A stretch of 64,000 bases of DNA from an uncultured Lachnospiraceae bacterium (GCA_964437615.1 CAYTHL010000001.1:11081-75080), one strand, 5' to 3'. Positions 1-9,601 are shown, numbered from the stretch's first letter. The notes: generated by a model from the sequence alone, not told the origin. Made by a program: numbers and translations.

Positions 1-1378
1 CAACGGCAGCATGGCTTGTCATGCCTCCGCGTACAGTTAGCACGCCCTCGCTTGCATGCATGCCCTCTATGTCTTCTGGGCTGGTTTCTAGCCTAACAAG
101 AACCACCTTGTTGCCTTGCGCCTTTAGCTCGGTAGCGCGCTCGGCAGTAAATACCACCTTGCCACACGCAGAGCCCGGAGATGCTGGCAAACCAGTAGCA
201 ATAACTTTTGCCTTTTTAACTGCACTTGCGTCAAATTGAGGGTGTAGTAGGGCATCAAGTTGCTTAGGGTCTATTTTAAGCAGTGCTTCTTGCTCGGTTA
301 TCATGCCCTCGCTAACTAGGTCTACTGCAACTTTTAGTGCAGCCTGTGCAGTACGCTTGCCATTACGGGTTTGCAACATAAATAGTTTTCCACGCTCGAT
401 GGTAAATTCCATATCTTGCATGTCTTTATAATGGTTTTCTAGTGTTGTAGCAATTTGCTCAAACTGCTTGTAAAGTGCAGGGTTTTGAGTTTTTAGTGCG
501 CTTATTGGTTGTGGGGTGCGCACGCCCGCAACAACGTCTTCGCCTTGGGCGTTCATAAGATATTCGCCATAAAGCTTCTTTTCGCCAGTAGATGGGTTGC
601 GCGTAAATGCAACACCTGTGCCGCTATCTTCGCCCATATTGCCAAATACCATGGCCTGCACGTTAACGGCAGTTCCCCAACTAGACGGAATATCGTTCAT
701 GCGGCGGTAAACAATAGCGCGTGGATTTTCCCAGCTGCGGAATACGGCCTTAACAGCCTCTAAAAGCTGAGTTTTAGGGTCTTGAGGGAAGTCCGCCTTC
801 ATCTCTTTTTTGTAAAACGCCTTAAAAGTTTTGACAATTTCTTTTAGGTCGCTTGCGTCTAGCTCGGTGTCTAGTTTAACACCCTTTTTCTCTTTAATGT
901 CGTCTAGAACACGCTCAAACTTAGCCTTGTCTAGCCCCATAACAACGTCAGAAAACATCTGAATAAATCTGCGGTAGCTGTCGTAAGCAAAACGCGGATT
1001 GTTTGTTTGTTTTGCTAGGCCTTCTACCGAAACATCATTTAACCCAAGGTTTAAAATGGTGTCCATCATGCCAGGCATCGAAGCTCTTGCGCCGCTTCGT
1101 ACGCTAACCAAAAAAGGATTTTTGTTGTCCCCAAACTTTTTGCCATTTATTTTTTCTGCCTTGGCTAGGGCTTCCATAATTTGACCAACTATCTGGTCGT
1201 TGATTTTTTCGCCGTCTTCGTAATATTTAGTGCAGGCCTCGGTGCTTATGGTAAAGCCTTGCGGAACTGGCAGCCCAAGATTTGTCATCTCGGCTAGGTT
1301 TGCACCCTTGCCACCAAGTAGCTCGCGCATATTTGCGTTGCCTTCGCTAAACATATAAACGTATTTAGTTTTTGCCAC
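1..1378 (-). CDS. ppdK: pyruvate, phosphate dikinase, N-terminal ~459 codons (3' end runs off the window)
   Basis: Absent from the ORF track because no stop lies in the window. My minus-strand translation from GTG (1378-1376), with AGGAGG 8 nt upstream, gives [31 protein letters not shown]. Mid-gene it reads [20 protein letters not shown], and at the window edge [12 protein letters not shown] (phospho-histidine loop). Confidence 0.9.
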   Translation of the reverse strand, partial: MAKTKYVYMFSEGNANMRELLGGKGANLAEMTNLGLPVPQGFTISTEACTKYYEDGEKINDQIVGQIMEALAKAEKINGKKFGDNKNPFLVSVRSGARASMPGMMDTILNLGLNDVSVEGLAKQTNNPRFAYDSYRRFIQMFSDVVMGLDKAKFERVLDDIKEKKGVKLDTELDASDLKEIVKTFKAFYKKEMKADFPQDPKTQLLEAVKAVFRSWENPRAIVYRRMNDIPSSWGTAVNVQAMVFGNMGEDSGTGVAFTRNPSTGEKKLYGEYLMNAQGEDVVAGVRTPQPISALKTQNPALYKQFEQIATTLENHYKDMQDMEFTIERGKLFMLQTRNGKRTAQAALKVAVDLVSEGMITEQEALLKIDPKQLDALLHPQFDASAVKKAKVIATGLPASPGSACGKVVFTAERATELKAQGNKVVLVRLETSPEDIEGMHASEGVLTVRGGMTSHAAV

Positions 1379-1687
1379 AAATAACTCCTCCTATTTGTTA
1401 ATTTAAGCGGATATATAATATACCTTTTTGCGGGTAATCGGCAAGTAAATTAATGTTATATTTGCTAATTTTTTGATTAAAATTTGCTCATTATGTGCAG
1501 TGCGGCAAGCAAAAATTATTTTTTTCCAAATTTTGACACAAAAAAACAATATATGCTAAAAATTTGCTTAGCCCAAAGGGCAGAAAAGTAGTAATGTAAT
1601 GCATGCAAAAAGTAATCATGTTTGCTAGAAAAAGCGCATATAATAAAAAGTATTAATTTTTGGCTTTTGCCAATTTAAGGAGTAAAT

Positions 1688-2608
1688 ATGGAATCTAATA
1701 CCTACACACAAAAGGTTGCGGGAGTGCTTTCTATTTGTCGTGGCATAAAAAATAATCCTAACGATCTAGATAGCACAAAAAAATTGTATTATAGCATAAA
1801 AGAGATAGAAAATATTGTAAATAACCTAACTCAGAGCCAAGCACAGCAGTATAAGTTAGAACTAACCGAGTCGGTAAGAAAAATGGAGCTAGCTGGGGCA
1901 AGCCCAAGCGACACCATACTAAACGCCTACAAAAGTGCAATAGCCTATTTGGAGTATTATAGAAATTGCCGAATTAACTACTATTTAAACGGCGAAAAGC
2001 CAAACGCAGATTTTTTGTTAGAAAACATTTTTAACGCTAGCGATTACGCCAGTCAATTTTTGGATGGCACATATTCTCAAGAGCAGTACTTTTATATAAA
2101 AAATATTCTTTTGGGGCTAGAGGCCGAAGCTATAAAAGACCACGCTATGAAAGTTGCTGGCGTAAACAGCTTAGTTTTGTATGGTTTTAACCCCGACATA
2201 TTGTGCGAGAACCTTGTTAAAGAAAACTATGCCCAAATTGCCGTGCACGGGCCAATAAGCGAGGAGCAAAACGAAAGCTTTAATTATTACAAATTTAATA
2301 TAAAGGATAGTAAAGGTCAAAGATACGGCACGCCGCTAGGCAAACCATACGACAATTATGCCTACGGAATATTTTTTGATAATTGCGTTAAAGCAACAAT
2401 TTTGCAAGACTACTTTATAAACAACCTGCAACAAATTGCTAAAACTGGCAAACTAAAAGGATTTTTTTATACATTTACTGGTGACGAACTACAAACTTTT
2501 GTAAATAAAAATATTTCAAAATTTAAAGCAAACAAAAAGCAAATAGCCTCTGTACAAAACTCTAACCAAACAAGATTAGAAAAACTTATGTCTGGCTATG
2601 GCAGCTAA
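1688..2608 (+). CDS. hypothetical protein (306 aa, soluble, Asn/Tyr-rich, no motif recognised)
   Basis: Long ORF with AAGGAG 7 nt before the ATG. It has its own AT-rich upstream region and a hairpin at 2701-2724. No TM segment or signal peptide. Confidence 0.6.
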   Translation: MESNTYTQKVAGVLSICRGIKNNPNDLDSTKKLYYSIKEIENIVNNLTQSQAQQYKLELTESVRKMELAGASPSDTILNAYKSAIAYLEYYRNCRINYYLNGEKPNADFLLENIFNASDYASQFLDGTYSQEQYFYIKNILLGLEAEAIKDHAMKVAGVNSLVLYGFNPDILCENLVKENYAQIAVHGPISEEQNESFNYYKFNIKDSKGQRYGTPLGKPYDNYAYGIFFDNCVKATILQDYFINNLQQIAKTGKLKGFFYTFTGDELQTFVNKNISKFKANKKQIASVQNSNQTRLEKLMSGYGS

Positions 2609-2700
2609 CAAAAGGCTAATAAAAAAATAACTGCATGCAAATATTTTGGCATATATAATTAATAAAAATTCAGCAGAAAGTAAGTTATTAACCATAAAAA

Positions 2701-2724
2701 CCCCCAGAAAAGTCTAGGGGTTTT
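2701..2724 (+). terminator. putative intrinsic terminator after the 306-aa ORF
   Basis: CCCCCAG..CTAGGGG stem followed by TTTT. Confidence 0.5.
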
Positions 2725-2770
2725 GTGACCAAACAAGTGTAAATTTTTTCAAAAAAAATTTTTCAAAAAG

Positions 2771-2861
2771 TTGACAAAAATTTTTTAATTTGGTAATATG
2801 CTTTGGTCGACAGCGGGGAGCGTATAAAATCGATTTCGATTTTTATGCGCTCCCTATTTTT
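2771..2861 (+). promoter_or_regulatory. sigma-A promoter plus terminator-like leader hairpin of MATE fusion gene 1
   Basis: TTGACA (2771-2776), 17 nt spacer, extended -10 TGGTAATAT (2791-2799). An ~18-bp hairpin GGGAGCGTATAAAATCGA/TCGATTTTTATGCGCTCCC (2816-2854) is followed by TATTTTTG. The 15-mer TGCAAAAAAAGGAGA (2863-2877) then carries the RBS. Confidence 0.6.
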
Positions 2862-2881
2862 GTGCAAAAAAAGGAGAGATT

Positions 2882-4924
2882 ATGGAACAAAAAACTGAAA
2901 CTCAGGCTGAAAATAAAAACTTTTATTTAACTCAAACGCCGATAAAAAAGCTATTACTTAAATTTGCAATTCCTTGTGTTTTGGGCATGCTGGTTAGTGC
3001 GCTCTATAACATTGTAGACCAAATTTTTATTGGCGCTAAACTTGGCACGGCAGGCATATACGCAACAACCGTCGTATATCCTGTAACCATTATAGCGCTT
3101 GCGATTGCTATGATGATTGGCGAAGGCTGCTCTTCGCTATTTAGCATTTCACTTGGCTCAAACGACGAAAAAACAAGTAGAAAATGTGTTGGCAACGCTT
3201 TAATTTCGGTTGTTATAAGCGGAATTGTTTTAACTGTATTAGGCTTTGCTTTAAAAGACCAAATTTTACATCTTTGCGGCGTCACAGAAGAATGTTACAA
3301 TTACGCAAATCTTTATTATATCATTATTATATCTGGATTTGTATTTTATATGTTTGCTCAAACGGCAAGCTCAATAATTCGTGCGGATGGCTCGCCAAGA
3401 TATTCTATGCTTGCAACACTTGTGGGTGCCGTGATTAATATTATTCTCGACCCAATTTTAATTTTTGCGTGCAACATGGGCATTGTTGGAGCGGCTGTTG
3501 CAACCATAATTGGTCAAGTTGTTTCAGCGATTGTATGTTTAGTTTATTTTAGAAAAACAAAACTTATTAAATTAAAAAAAGACAGTTTTAAACTATCTGG
3601 CAAGACGATTGGCTCGGTTTGTAAACTTGGGCTTTCAAGCTTTATAACCCAATTTGCTATTGCAGTTATAACTATTGTTGCAAATGACGTTATTCGTGCA
3701 ATAGCGGGCAGAAGTGGATATGATGCAAGTGGCCCGGGAGGTGTGCTTGGCGTTGTGTTTAAAGTCTTTGGAATTGTTATGGCTTTTTGTAATGGTATTG
3801 CACTCGGTGGACTACCTATTATAGGGTATAACTATGGAGCAAAAGAGCATAAGCGAGTTTTTGAAGCGTATAAGTATATAGTTATTGCTAATATTGTTAT
3901 AGGTTTAATATCAACCATTCTTTTTGAGGTTTGTCCGCAAATTTTTGCCTCATTGTTCGGGATTGAAGCAAGCCTTGTAGCTTATTCTAACATGAGTTTT
4001 AGGATATATTTAGGTGGAATTTTGCTTTGCTGTATTCAAAAGGCAAGTTGCATTTTCTTGCAGTCTATAAACAAGCCATACAAGGCCATGATTTTATCGC
4101 TTATGCGAGATATAGTTTTTCTTGTGCCGGGCGTTTGTTTGTTTGGATTTTTGGGCGATGTAGAAATTATGCTTTGGGCAGGAATTTTAGCCGACACACT
4201 TTCGTTTTTAATCACAATGGCAGTTGTTTTGGTTGAATGCAAAAAATTAAAACATAGTCAAATTAAACAGGCTGCTTATGTTGCACCTATTACAGCATCT
4301 AATAATCTTGTCATAACCATTGGCAGAGAGTTTGGCAGCGGCGGAAAGTATATTGGTCAAGAGCTTGCAAGAAGATTAAACATAAACTGCTACGATAACG
4401 AGCTTGTATCAAAAGTTGCACAAAACTTTAATATAGACTTGGAAACTTTGCAAAGTGTTGACGAAAAGCAAAAGTCAAGTTTTTGGTATGGGTTTGCCAC
4501 AAATTATGTTTTTAGTAACGACCAATCAAAAGTTTTGCCAGTTAGCCCCGAAGATAGCCTATTTTTAAAACAAAGCAAGATTATTGAAGACTTATATAAC
4601 AGCGAAAGTTGCGTGCTAATTGGAAGATGTGCAGACTATATTCTAAAAGATAAACCTAATGTAATAAAAATATTTGTTTATTCTTCTGATATGCAATTTA
4701 AAATCCTTAGAAAGGTTAAGTTTGAAAATTATCTAGAAGATGAAGCAAAAACCAAAATAATTAAAACCGACAAAGAGCGCGCAGACTACTATAAACATTT
4801 TACTTCACAAACATGGGGTGACAAATATAACTACGACATTTGTATAGACACCTCAAAACTAGGAATAGAAAAGTCTGTAGACCTTATAGAAGACTATATA
4901 AAAGCCTTTAAAACAAGCAAATAG
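2882..4924 (+). CDS. MATE-family efflux transporter fused to a C-terminal cytidylate-kinase-like (Cytidylate_kin2-type) domain
   Basis: 680 aa. The N-terminal ~455 aa are polytopic with a MATE-like start (PIKKLLLKFAIPCVLGMLVSALYNIVDQIFIG). The C-terminal ~215 aa read LVITIGREFGSGGKYIGQELARRLNINCYDNEL...LIGRCADYILKD...ADYYKHFT, matching stand-alone cytidylate kinase-like family proteins. One uninterrupted ORF. Confidence 0.8.
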   Translation: MEQKTETQAENKNFYLTQTPIKKLLLKFAIPCVLGMLVSALYNIVDQIFIGAKLGTAGIYATTVVYPVTIIALAIAMMIGEGCSSLFSISLGSNDEKTSRKCVGNALISVVISGIVLTVLGFALKDQILHLCGVTEECYNYANLYYIIIISGFVFYMFAQTASSIIRADGSPRYSMLATLVGAVINIILDPILIFACNMGIVGAAVATIIGQVVSAIVCLVYFRKTKLIKLKKDSFKLSGKTIGSVCKLGLSSFITQFAIAVITIVANDVIRAIAGRSGYDASGPGGVLGVVFKVFGIVMAFCNGIALGGLPIIGYNYGAKEHKRVFEAYKYIVIANIVIGLISTILFEVCPQIFASLFGIEASLVAYSNMSFRIYLGGILLCCIQKASCIFLQSINKPYKAMILSLMRDIVFLVPGVCLFGFLGDVEIMLWAGILADTLSFLITMAVVLVECKKLKHSQIKQAAYVAPITASNNLVITIGREFGSGGKYIGQELARRLNINCYDNELVSKVAQNFNIDLETLQSVDEKQKSSFWYGFATNYVFSNDQSKVLPVSPEDSLFLKQSKIIEDLYNSESCVLIGRCADYILKDKPNVIKIFVYSSDMQFKILRKVKFENYLEDEAKTKIIKTDKERADYYKHFTSQTWGDKYNYDICIDTSKLGIEKSVDLIEDYIKAFKTSK

Positions 4925-5002
4925 ATATTAGGTTTAAAATTATTAAATTGAATTAATTTATACAATAACAATGACAAAAATTTATATATTAAACTTACAA
5001 AT

Positions 5003-5027
5003 AAAAAGCCCCAAAGCAGGGCTTTTT
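5003..5027. terminator. bidirectional terminator between convergent MATE-1 and dfx
   Basis: AAAAAGCCC..GGGCTTTTT hairpin flanked by an A-run and a T-run. Confidence 0.6.
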
Positions 5028-5064
5028 GCTTGCTAAAATATATGCGATGCCATTATGCGCTACC

Positions 5065-5439
5065 TTATAGTTTGGTTACCCAAAGGCCGTGAAGGGTGCA
5101 ATATTCGTATACGGCAACGGGGGTAGAGCTGGTTAAAAAAGTGGCTTCGGGAACGCTTGTGCTACTAAGTGCTTGCACTTGATAGCCGCTAGCAGTTTCT
5201 AGCACAATGTGGCTTATGTAATGCTCGGCCGTCATGGGGTGCTGCACGCTGCCAACCGTGACGCTAATTTTATTTTTGCATTTTTTTACTACCGGCAAGT
5301 GCTTTTCGGTGGCGGCGTCTACCGAGCCGGCTACAAGTAGTTGCATTTTTTCGCCGCAGCAGGTTAGTGCTGCTCCCTTTTCGTCATAAATAATAACCAA
5401 TTTTCCGCAGTGCGGGCATCTGTAAAATTTAAGTTTCAT
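5065..5439 (-). CDS. dfx: desulfoferrodoxin (2Fe superoxide reductase)
   Basis: 124 aa. N-terminal desulforedoxin-like CPHCG...CCG, then EKHLP, HPMTAEHYISH and C-terminal CTLHG, the ligand pattern of SOR centre II. Confidence 0.85.
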   Translation of the reverse strand: MKLKFYRCPHCGKLVIIYDEKGAALTCCGEKMQLLVAGSVDAATEKHLPVVKKCKNKISVTVGSVQHPMTAEHYISHIVLETASGYQVQALSSTSVPEATFLTSSTPVAVYEYCTLHGLWVTKL

Positions 5440-5558
5440 AATTTTCTCCTTTATCTAAAATAAGTATTGTCATTATACAATTTTGCCACTAACTAGCGCA
5501 AGCAAAATTAATAGCATTTGCAAAATCTATTTGATGTTAAAGTTACATATTATTTTGC

Positions 5559-5765
5559 TCATATGTCGGTGCGGCCAAGAAGATAGTCTATGCTTTCGCC
5601 CAAAAATTCGCTAAGCTTTATTAGCGTGTCAAAGTCGCACTCCCGCTTGCCGCTTTCCCAATAGCTTACAAGCCTCACGCTTACAAACATGGCGTCGGCC
5701 AGTTGCTTGCGACTTACCCCCTTGTATGTGCGAATTTCTTTTAGTCTAATTGCAAACTTACTCAT
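5559..5765 (-). CDS. XRE-family helix-turn-helix transcriptional regulator (68 aa)
   Basis: IRLKEIRTYKGVSRKQLADAMFVSVRLVSYWESGKRECDFDTLIKLSEFL is a classic HTH_3 pattern. No SD upstream of the ATG. Confidence 0.85.
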   Translation of the reverse strand: MSKFAIRLKEIRTYKGVSRKQLADAMFVSVRLVSYWESGKRECDFDTLIKLSEFLGESIDYLLGRTDI

Positions 5766-5771
5766 ATTAAA

Positions 5772-5827
5772 ATTTTAGAACAAATTGTTCTCTTTTACTT
5801 GACATGGAACATTTTGTTCCATAAAAT
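5772..5827. promoter_or_regulatory. divergent promoter region with two related palindromic operators
   Basis: AGAACA-AAT-TGTTCT (5777-5791) and GGAACA-TTT-TGTTCC (5806-5820), centres 29 bp apart. Plus-strand promoter is TTGACA (5799-5804), 17 nt, TAAAAT (5822-5827), with operator 2 inside the spacer. A minus-strand TAAAAT (5777-5772) ends 6 nt before the XRE ATG. Confidence 0.55.
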
Positions 5828-5924
5828 AAATATAATGTAATTAACAAAATATACACTATTAAACTTTACATCTTAAACAATAAACAAGTAATTGCAGAAA
5901 GGTCACCTTACAAAGGGAAAATTG

Positions 5925-6962
5925 ATGATTGCATACATTATATATTTTGCTATTTTTGCGGTAATTTATTTAAGTGGGCTAAAATACACCGGCAAAAGTT
6001 TAGAGCAGCCATTTAACAGATATAATACTAATTGTTTAAGGGGCTTTGCGGCCATGTTGGTATTGTTTTATCATATGGGTCGGTGTATGTATTTTGGCCC
6101 TATCGCCGTTGGTTTGTTTTTTATGCTTTCGGCATACGGGCTTGTAAAAAGTTATCAAAGGTATGGTCAAAAATATCTAAAAAAGATGCTTTTTAGCAAT
6201 ATCCCCATGCTTTATGGAGAGTTTGTAATAATTAATGCAATAGATTATTTAGCAATAAAATCTAGCCAAGAAAGTGTGTGGTGGCAGGGGTTATTGAAAA
6301 TTTTTGGCGTTAATGGCTTTTTACCATACAATAGGGTGAATGAACAATCTTGGTACATTTATACTATTTTAATAGTTTATGTTGCGTTTATATTAATATA
6401 TTATCTTTGTGCCAAACTTAAAGCTAAATCCTTTGCGCCATTTATTTTAAGTGCTCTTGTTATAGGTTATTATATTTTGTGTAATGGTGTAAGTAGCATA
6501 AGTGTACTTTATGGCAGAGCAATTTTGTGCTTTATTATAGGCCTTTTTTACGGAACATTTACAGAGCAAATTACTAATATTTTACGCAAATATTTTTGGC
6601 AATTTGGTATATTAATGATTGCTGTTTTGGGTTACTGTTTATTTAAACGCGAAGAATTAATTATTTCAGTTGGAGTGTCAATTTTTGTACTATTGGTGTT
6701 CCAAAAGTTTAACTTTGTTAATAAATTTTATGCATTTTTAGGTTACATTAGTTTAGAAATATATTTGTTGCAATATCTTTTTCTTAAATCTTTTGAAAGT
6801 TTAATAGATAATAGTTTTTTATTTATGTTTTTAGTAATTATCTGTACACTTACTGCTGCTATTGCATTAAGGCTAATAAAATCTGCTTTAATAGCCTTAG
6901 TAAAGCATATAAAAACAAAACGATGCAAGCAAAAAAGTCAGCCAACAGGAGCTGTTAACTAA
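5925..6962 (+). CDS. acyltransferase family 3 membrane protein (O-acyltransferase-like)
   Basis: Polytopic membrane protein with the family-typical N-terminus NTNCLRGFAAMLVLFYHMG. I place the start at ATG 5925 (AAGGGA 7 nt upstream) rather than the track's TTG at 5892. Confidence 0.7.
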   Translation: MIAYIIYFAIFAVIYLSGLKYTGKSLEQPFNRYNTNCLRGFAAMLVLFYHMGRCMYFGPIAVGLFFMLSAYGLVKSYQRYGQKYLKKMLFSNIPMLYGEFVIINAIDYLAIKSSQESVWWQGLLKIFGVNGFLPYNRVNEQSWYIYTILIVYVAFILIYYLCAKLKAKSFAPFILSALVIGYYILCNGVSSISVLYGRAILCFIIGLFYGTFTEQITNILRKYFWQFGILMIAVLGYCLFKREELIISVGVSIFVLLVFQKFNFVNKFYAFLGYISLEIYLLQYLFLKSFESLIDNSFLFMFLVIICTLTAAIALRLIKSALIALVKHIKTKRCKQKSQPTGAVN

Positions 6963-6968
6963 CAAAAA

Positions 6969-6989
6969 AATATGGGCACAACCCATATT
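6969..6989. repeat. 21-nt hairpin AATATGGGCACAACCCATATT (copy 1 of 2)
   Basis: 9-bp inverted repeat. The same sequence with one loop difference recurs at 10680-10700. Confidence 0.6.
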
Positions 6990-7072
6990 AAAGCCTGTAA
7001 ACATATTTGTTTATAGGCAACAAAAAAATTTAACCCAAAAGGTTAAATTTTTTGCCTAAAATAAACTTATAA

Positions 7073-8938
7073 CTATTTTATTGGTCCTCCTGCCGAATTT
7101 CCACTTGTTGTTATTGTAGAGTTTGAACTAGTTTTAACGCTTGTGGACGAAGTGCCAGTTATAATTGTGTATTTTGAGCCCTTTGCAATCTCTGGGCAAG
7201 AAATGACTATGCTTGAATAGGATTTACTTGAGCCAAATATTAAACTTGGAGAGAAACTAGCAAGGGTTTCTTCGTTACTATTTTTAATGGAAACACTTCC
7301 AGACCTAGATGAAGATAAGTTTATTGAAATGGCACACTGAGTTGATGATGTGGATGGTGTCTCTACCATACCTTTTGTTCCAACAGCTATAACAATTCCA
7401 CCATTAATAACTATGCCCGACTCAGAATCTAGTGCGGCATCTGCCCCGCTTGTTGGCCCGCTAACATACAATTCGCCGCCTGTTATTTTTATTCCGCCAT
7501 TTGAGTCTACTCCGTCTCCGCCAGAGGAAACATAAGTTTTCCCGCCCGAAATAAGAATTTGGCAAACAGTTTTCTGTGCGGTTTCAGAAAGGTCGCTATC
7601 GGCAGCATTAATTCCATCATCTGAGGCAACCACAACTATGTTTCCGCCTGAAATTTCAATTGCCTGTCCTTCAAGCCCCTCGTAAGATTTAGAAATATTT
7701 ATACTTCCGCTACCAACAACAAGGTTTGTGTCGGCATGAATGCCATCGTCGCTGGTGGAAGCGCTAATGCTCCCCCCATAAACAAAAACATTACCAGAAT
7801 TTGAGTGTATAGAGTCATCGGTCGACTCAATATCTATAGTTCCGCCTTCAATTAAAATTGTATAATTTGAACTTGCAACATTATATTCTGTTTCACTATC
7901 GCTTGCAAAATAGTAGTCAATTTCGCCCACTTTAATTCCTTTAACACTCTCTTGGAGCTTATAATATGTGTGGCCTTTTTCAACCGAGTCGCTTGCAACC
8001 TTTGTATATGTAGAACCAGATTTAGAATAACAACCAGTTTCTCCGCCAGATGTGGCCGTGTATTGCTCAAATTCTGCCTCAGTGGAAATGTTTACTGTTC
8101 CAGATTTGATATAAACAAAACTATCCGCCTGAATACCATCGCCGTAACAATTTTCAATGTCTACCGTTGTTCCCCCGCTTATAAATACAAAACCCTTAGT
8201 ATAATCAAAAACTGGAACTGTAGCGTCTGCCGCAAGTTTATCATAATCGCTCTCGGCATGAAGCCCATCTTTTCCGCATTCGTCTATGCTTATATTTGCC
8301 CCGTCTAAATAAATTGAGTCTGCACTAATGCCATGGTTTTGTGCGGTGATGGTGATATTTCCACCCAAACCATAGAAAATCCCATCACACTTTATGCCCG
8401 ATTTGGTACTTTCTATATTTAGCGAACCTTCACCATTTATGGTTAGATTTCCCGAAGTGCTAATTGCGTTTGCAGAAGTCTCACTTGCGTTAGAAATGCT
8501 GTTTTGCCCAATAAGTGTTATAATTAAATCCACCCCGCTTTTTGCATCAATAACTTTAGACCCTGCGTTAGTTAAACTTACATTGTTAAAATATAAATGC
8601 ACCACCCCAGAATTTTTTATAGTTATTGAGCTATTAATAGTGCCAGTGTAGTAATAACTTCCCGCACTTTCAATTGTTGCAGTATTGGTGTCGTCATAAC
8701 TGCTACTATTCGTAATTGTTTGTTCGCTTGCCAAATTATTAGTATAAGTACTTACTGCCGATTTAAGGTTGGTTTGAATATTAGAAGTGTCTACAGAACT
8801 TATTTCCACATTCGACTTCAATCCTCCACCAAGTTTATCAAAGTTGTATTCCCTAACGCCACAAGCCGACAACACCAAGCAACATGGTAAGATTGCACAT
8901 AGAGCCAACTTTTTAAAAAATTTTTTTAGTTTTTTCAT
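7073..8938 (-). CDS. surface lipoprotein with parallel beta-helix-type repeats, resembling the Cthe_2159 carbohydrate-binding family
   Basis: Signal peptide plus lipobox (MKKLKKFFKKLALCAILPCCLVLSAC|G). About 10 repeats carry DGI/HGI-x-A-D/S cores (HGISADS, DGLHAES, DGIQADS, DSIHSNS, DGIHADT, DGINAAD, DGVDSNG). Ser/Thr-rich. Confidence 0.6.
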   Translation of the reverse strand: MKKLKKFFKKLALCAILPCCLVLSACGVREYNFDKLGGGLKSNVEISSVDTSNIQTNLKSAVSTYTNNLASEQTITNSSSYDDTNTATIESAGSYYYTGTINSSITIKNSGVVHLYFNNVSLTNAGSKVIDAKSGVDLIITLIGQNSISNASETSANAISTSGNLTINGEGSLNIESTKSGIKCDGIFYGLGGNITITAQNHGISADSIYLDGANISIDECGKDGLHAESDYDKLAADATVPVFDYTKGFVFISGGTTVDIENCYGDGIQADSFVYIKSGTVNISTEAEFEQYTATSGGETGCYSKSGSTYTKVASDSVEKGHTYYKLQESVKGIKVGEIDYYFASDSETEYNVASSNYTILIEGGTIDIESTDDSIHSNSGNVFVYGGSISASTSDDGIHADTNLVVGSGSINISKSYEGLEGQAIEISGGNIVVVASDDGINAADSDLSETAQKTVCQILISGGKTYVSSGGDGVDSNGGIKITGGELYVSGPTSGADAALDSESGIVINGGIVIAVGTKGMVETPSTSSTQCAISINLSSSRSGSVSIKNSNEETLASFSPSLIFGSSKSYSSIVISCPEIAKGSKYTIITGTSSTSVKTSSNSTITTSGNSAGGPIK

Positions 8939-9061
8939 AACCCTCTCCTAAAAATATTATACACAAACTAAAACGTTTTTAAATTGAGTTTTATTGTAAA
9001 AATAATGTATTTTTTAAAAATAATGTGTTACAATGGTTAATGTTTTAAAACAAGGCTTCTA

Positions 9062-9601
9062 ATGGATAAAAAATTGTTAGATAATCTAATTCAAAAAATA
9101 CAGCTTGGAGATGAAAAGGCTTTCGAGGATTTTTATGTTGCCACAAATAAAAAGCTGTTTTCTTTCGTTTATATAATAACAAAAAACCAATTTGATGCAG
9201 AAGATGTGGTTCAAGAAACTTATATAAAGTTTAAGGCAAGCTCTAATAGATATCATATTGGAACAAACCCGAGTGCCTTTTTAATGAAAATTGCAAAAAA
9301 TACAGCATTAGATAAGCTTAGAAAATTAAAAAGGGAAACAAATTTTGACGCTTTAGACTACGAAGCCAAAGATGAAAGTCAATCTTTTACAAGAAAAGAA
9401 CAAAATTTGTTTTTGCACAACTTGATGAACAAAAATCTGCAAATAGAAGAAAGGCAAATAGTTATTTTACATATTGTAGAGGGCTATAAACACCGAGAAA
9501 TTGCAAAGTTTTTGGGGCTTCCCCTTGGAACCGTACTTTGGAAATACAACAGAGCCCTTAAAATATTGAAAGAAAAAATAAAGGAGGAACAAGAGAATTG
9601 A
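9062..9601 (+). CDS. ECF-type sigma-70 family RNA polymerase sigma factor
   Basis: 179 aa. Region 2 reads DAEDVVQETYIKF. Region 4 HTH reads GYKHREIAKFLGLPLGTVLWKYNRALKILKE. Confidence 0.85.
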   Translation: MDKKLLDNLIQKIQLGDEKAFEDFYVATNKKLFSFVYIITKNQFDAEDVVQETYIKFKASSNRYHIGTNPSAFLMKIAKNTALDKLRKLKRETNFDALDYEAKDESQSFTRKEQNLFLHNLMNKNLQIEERQIVILHIVEGYKHREIAKFLGLPLGTVLWKYNRALKILKEKIKEEQEN

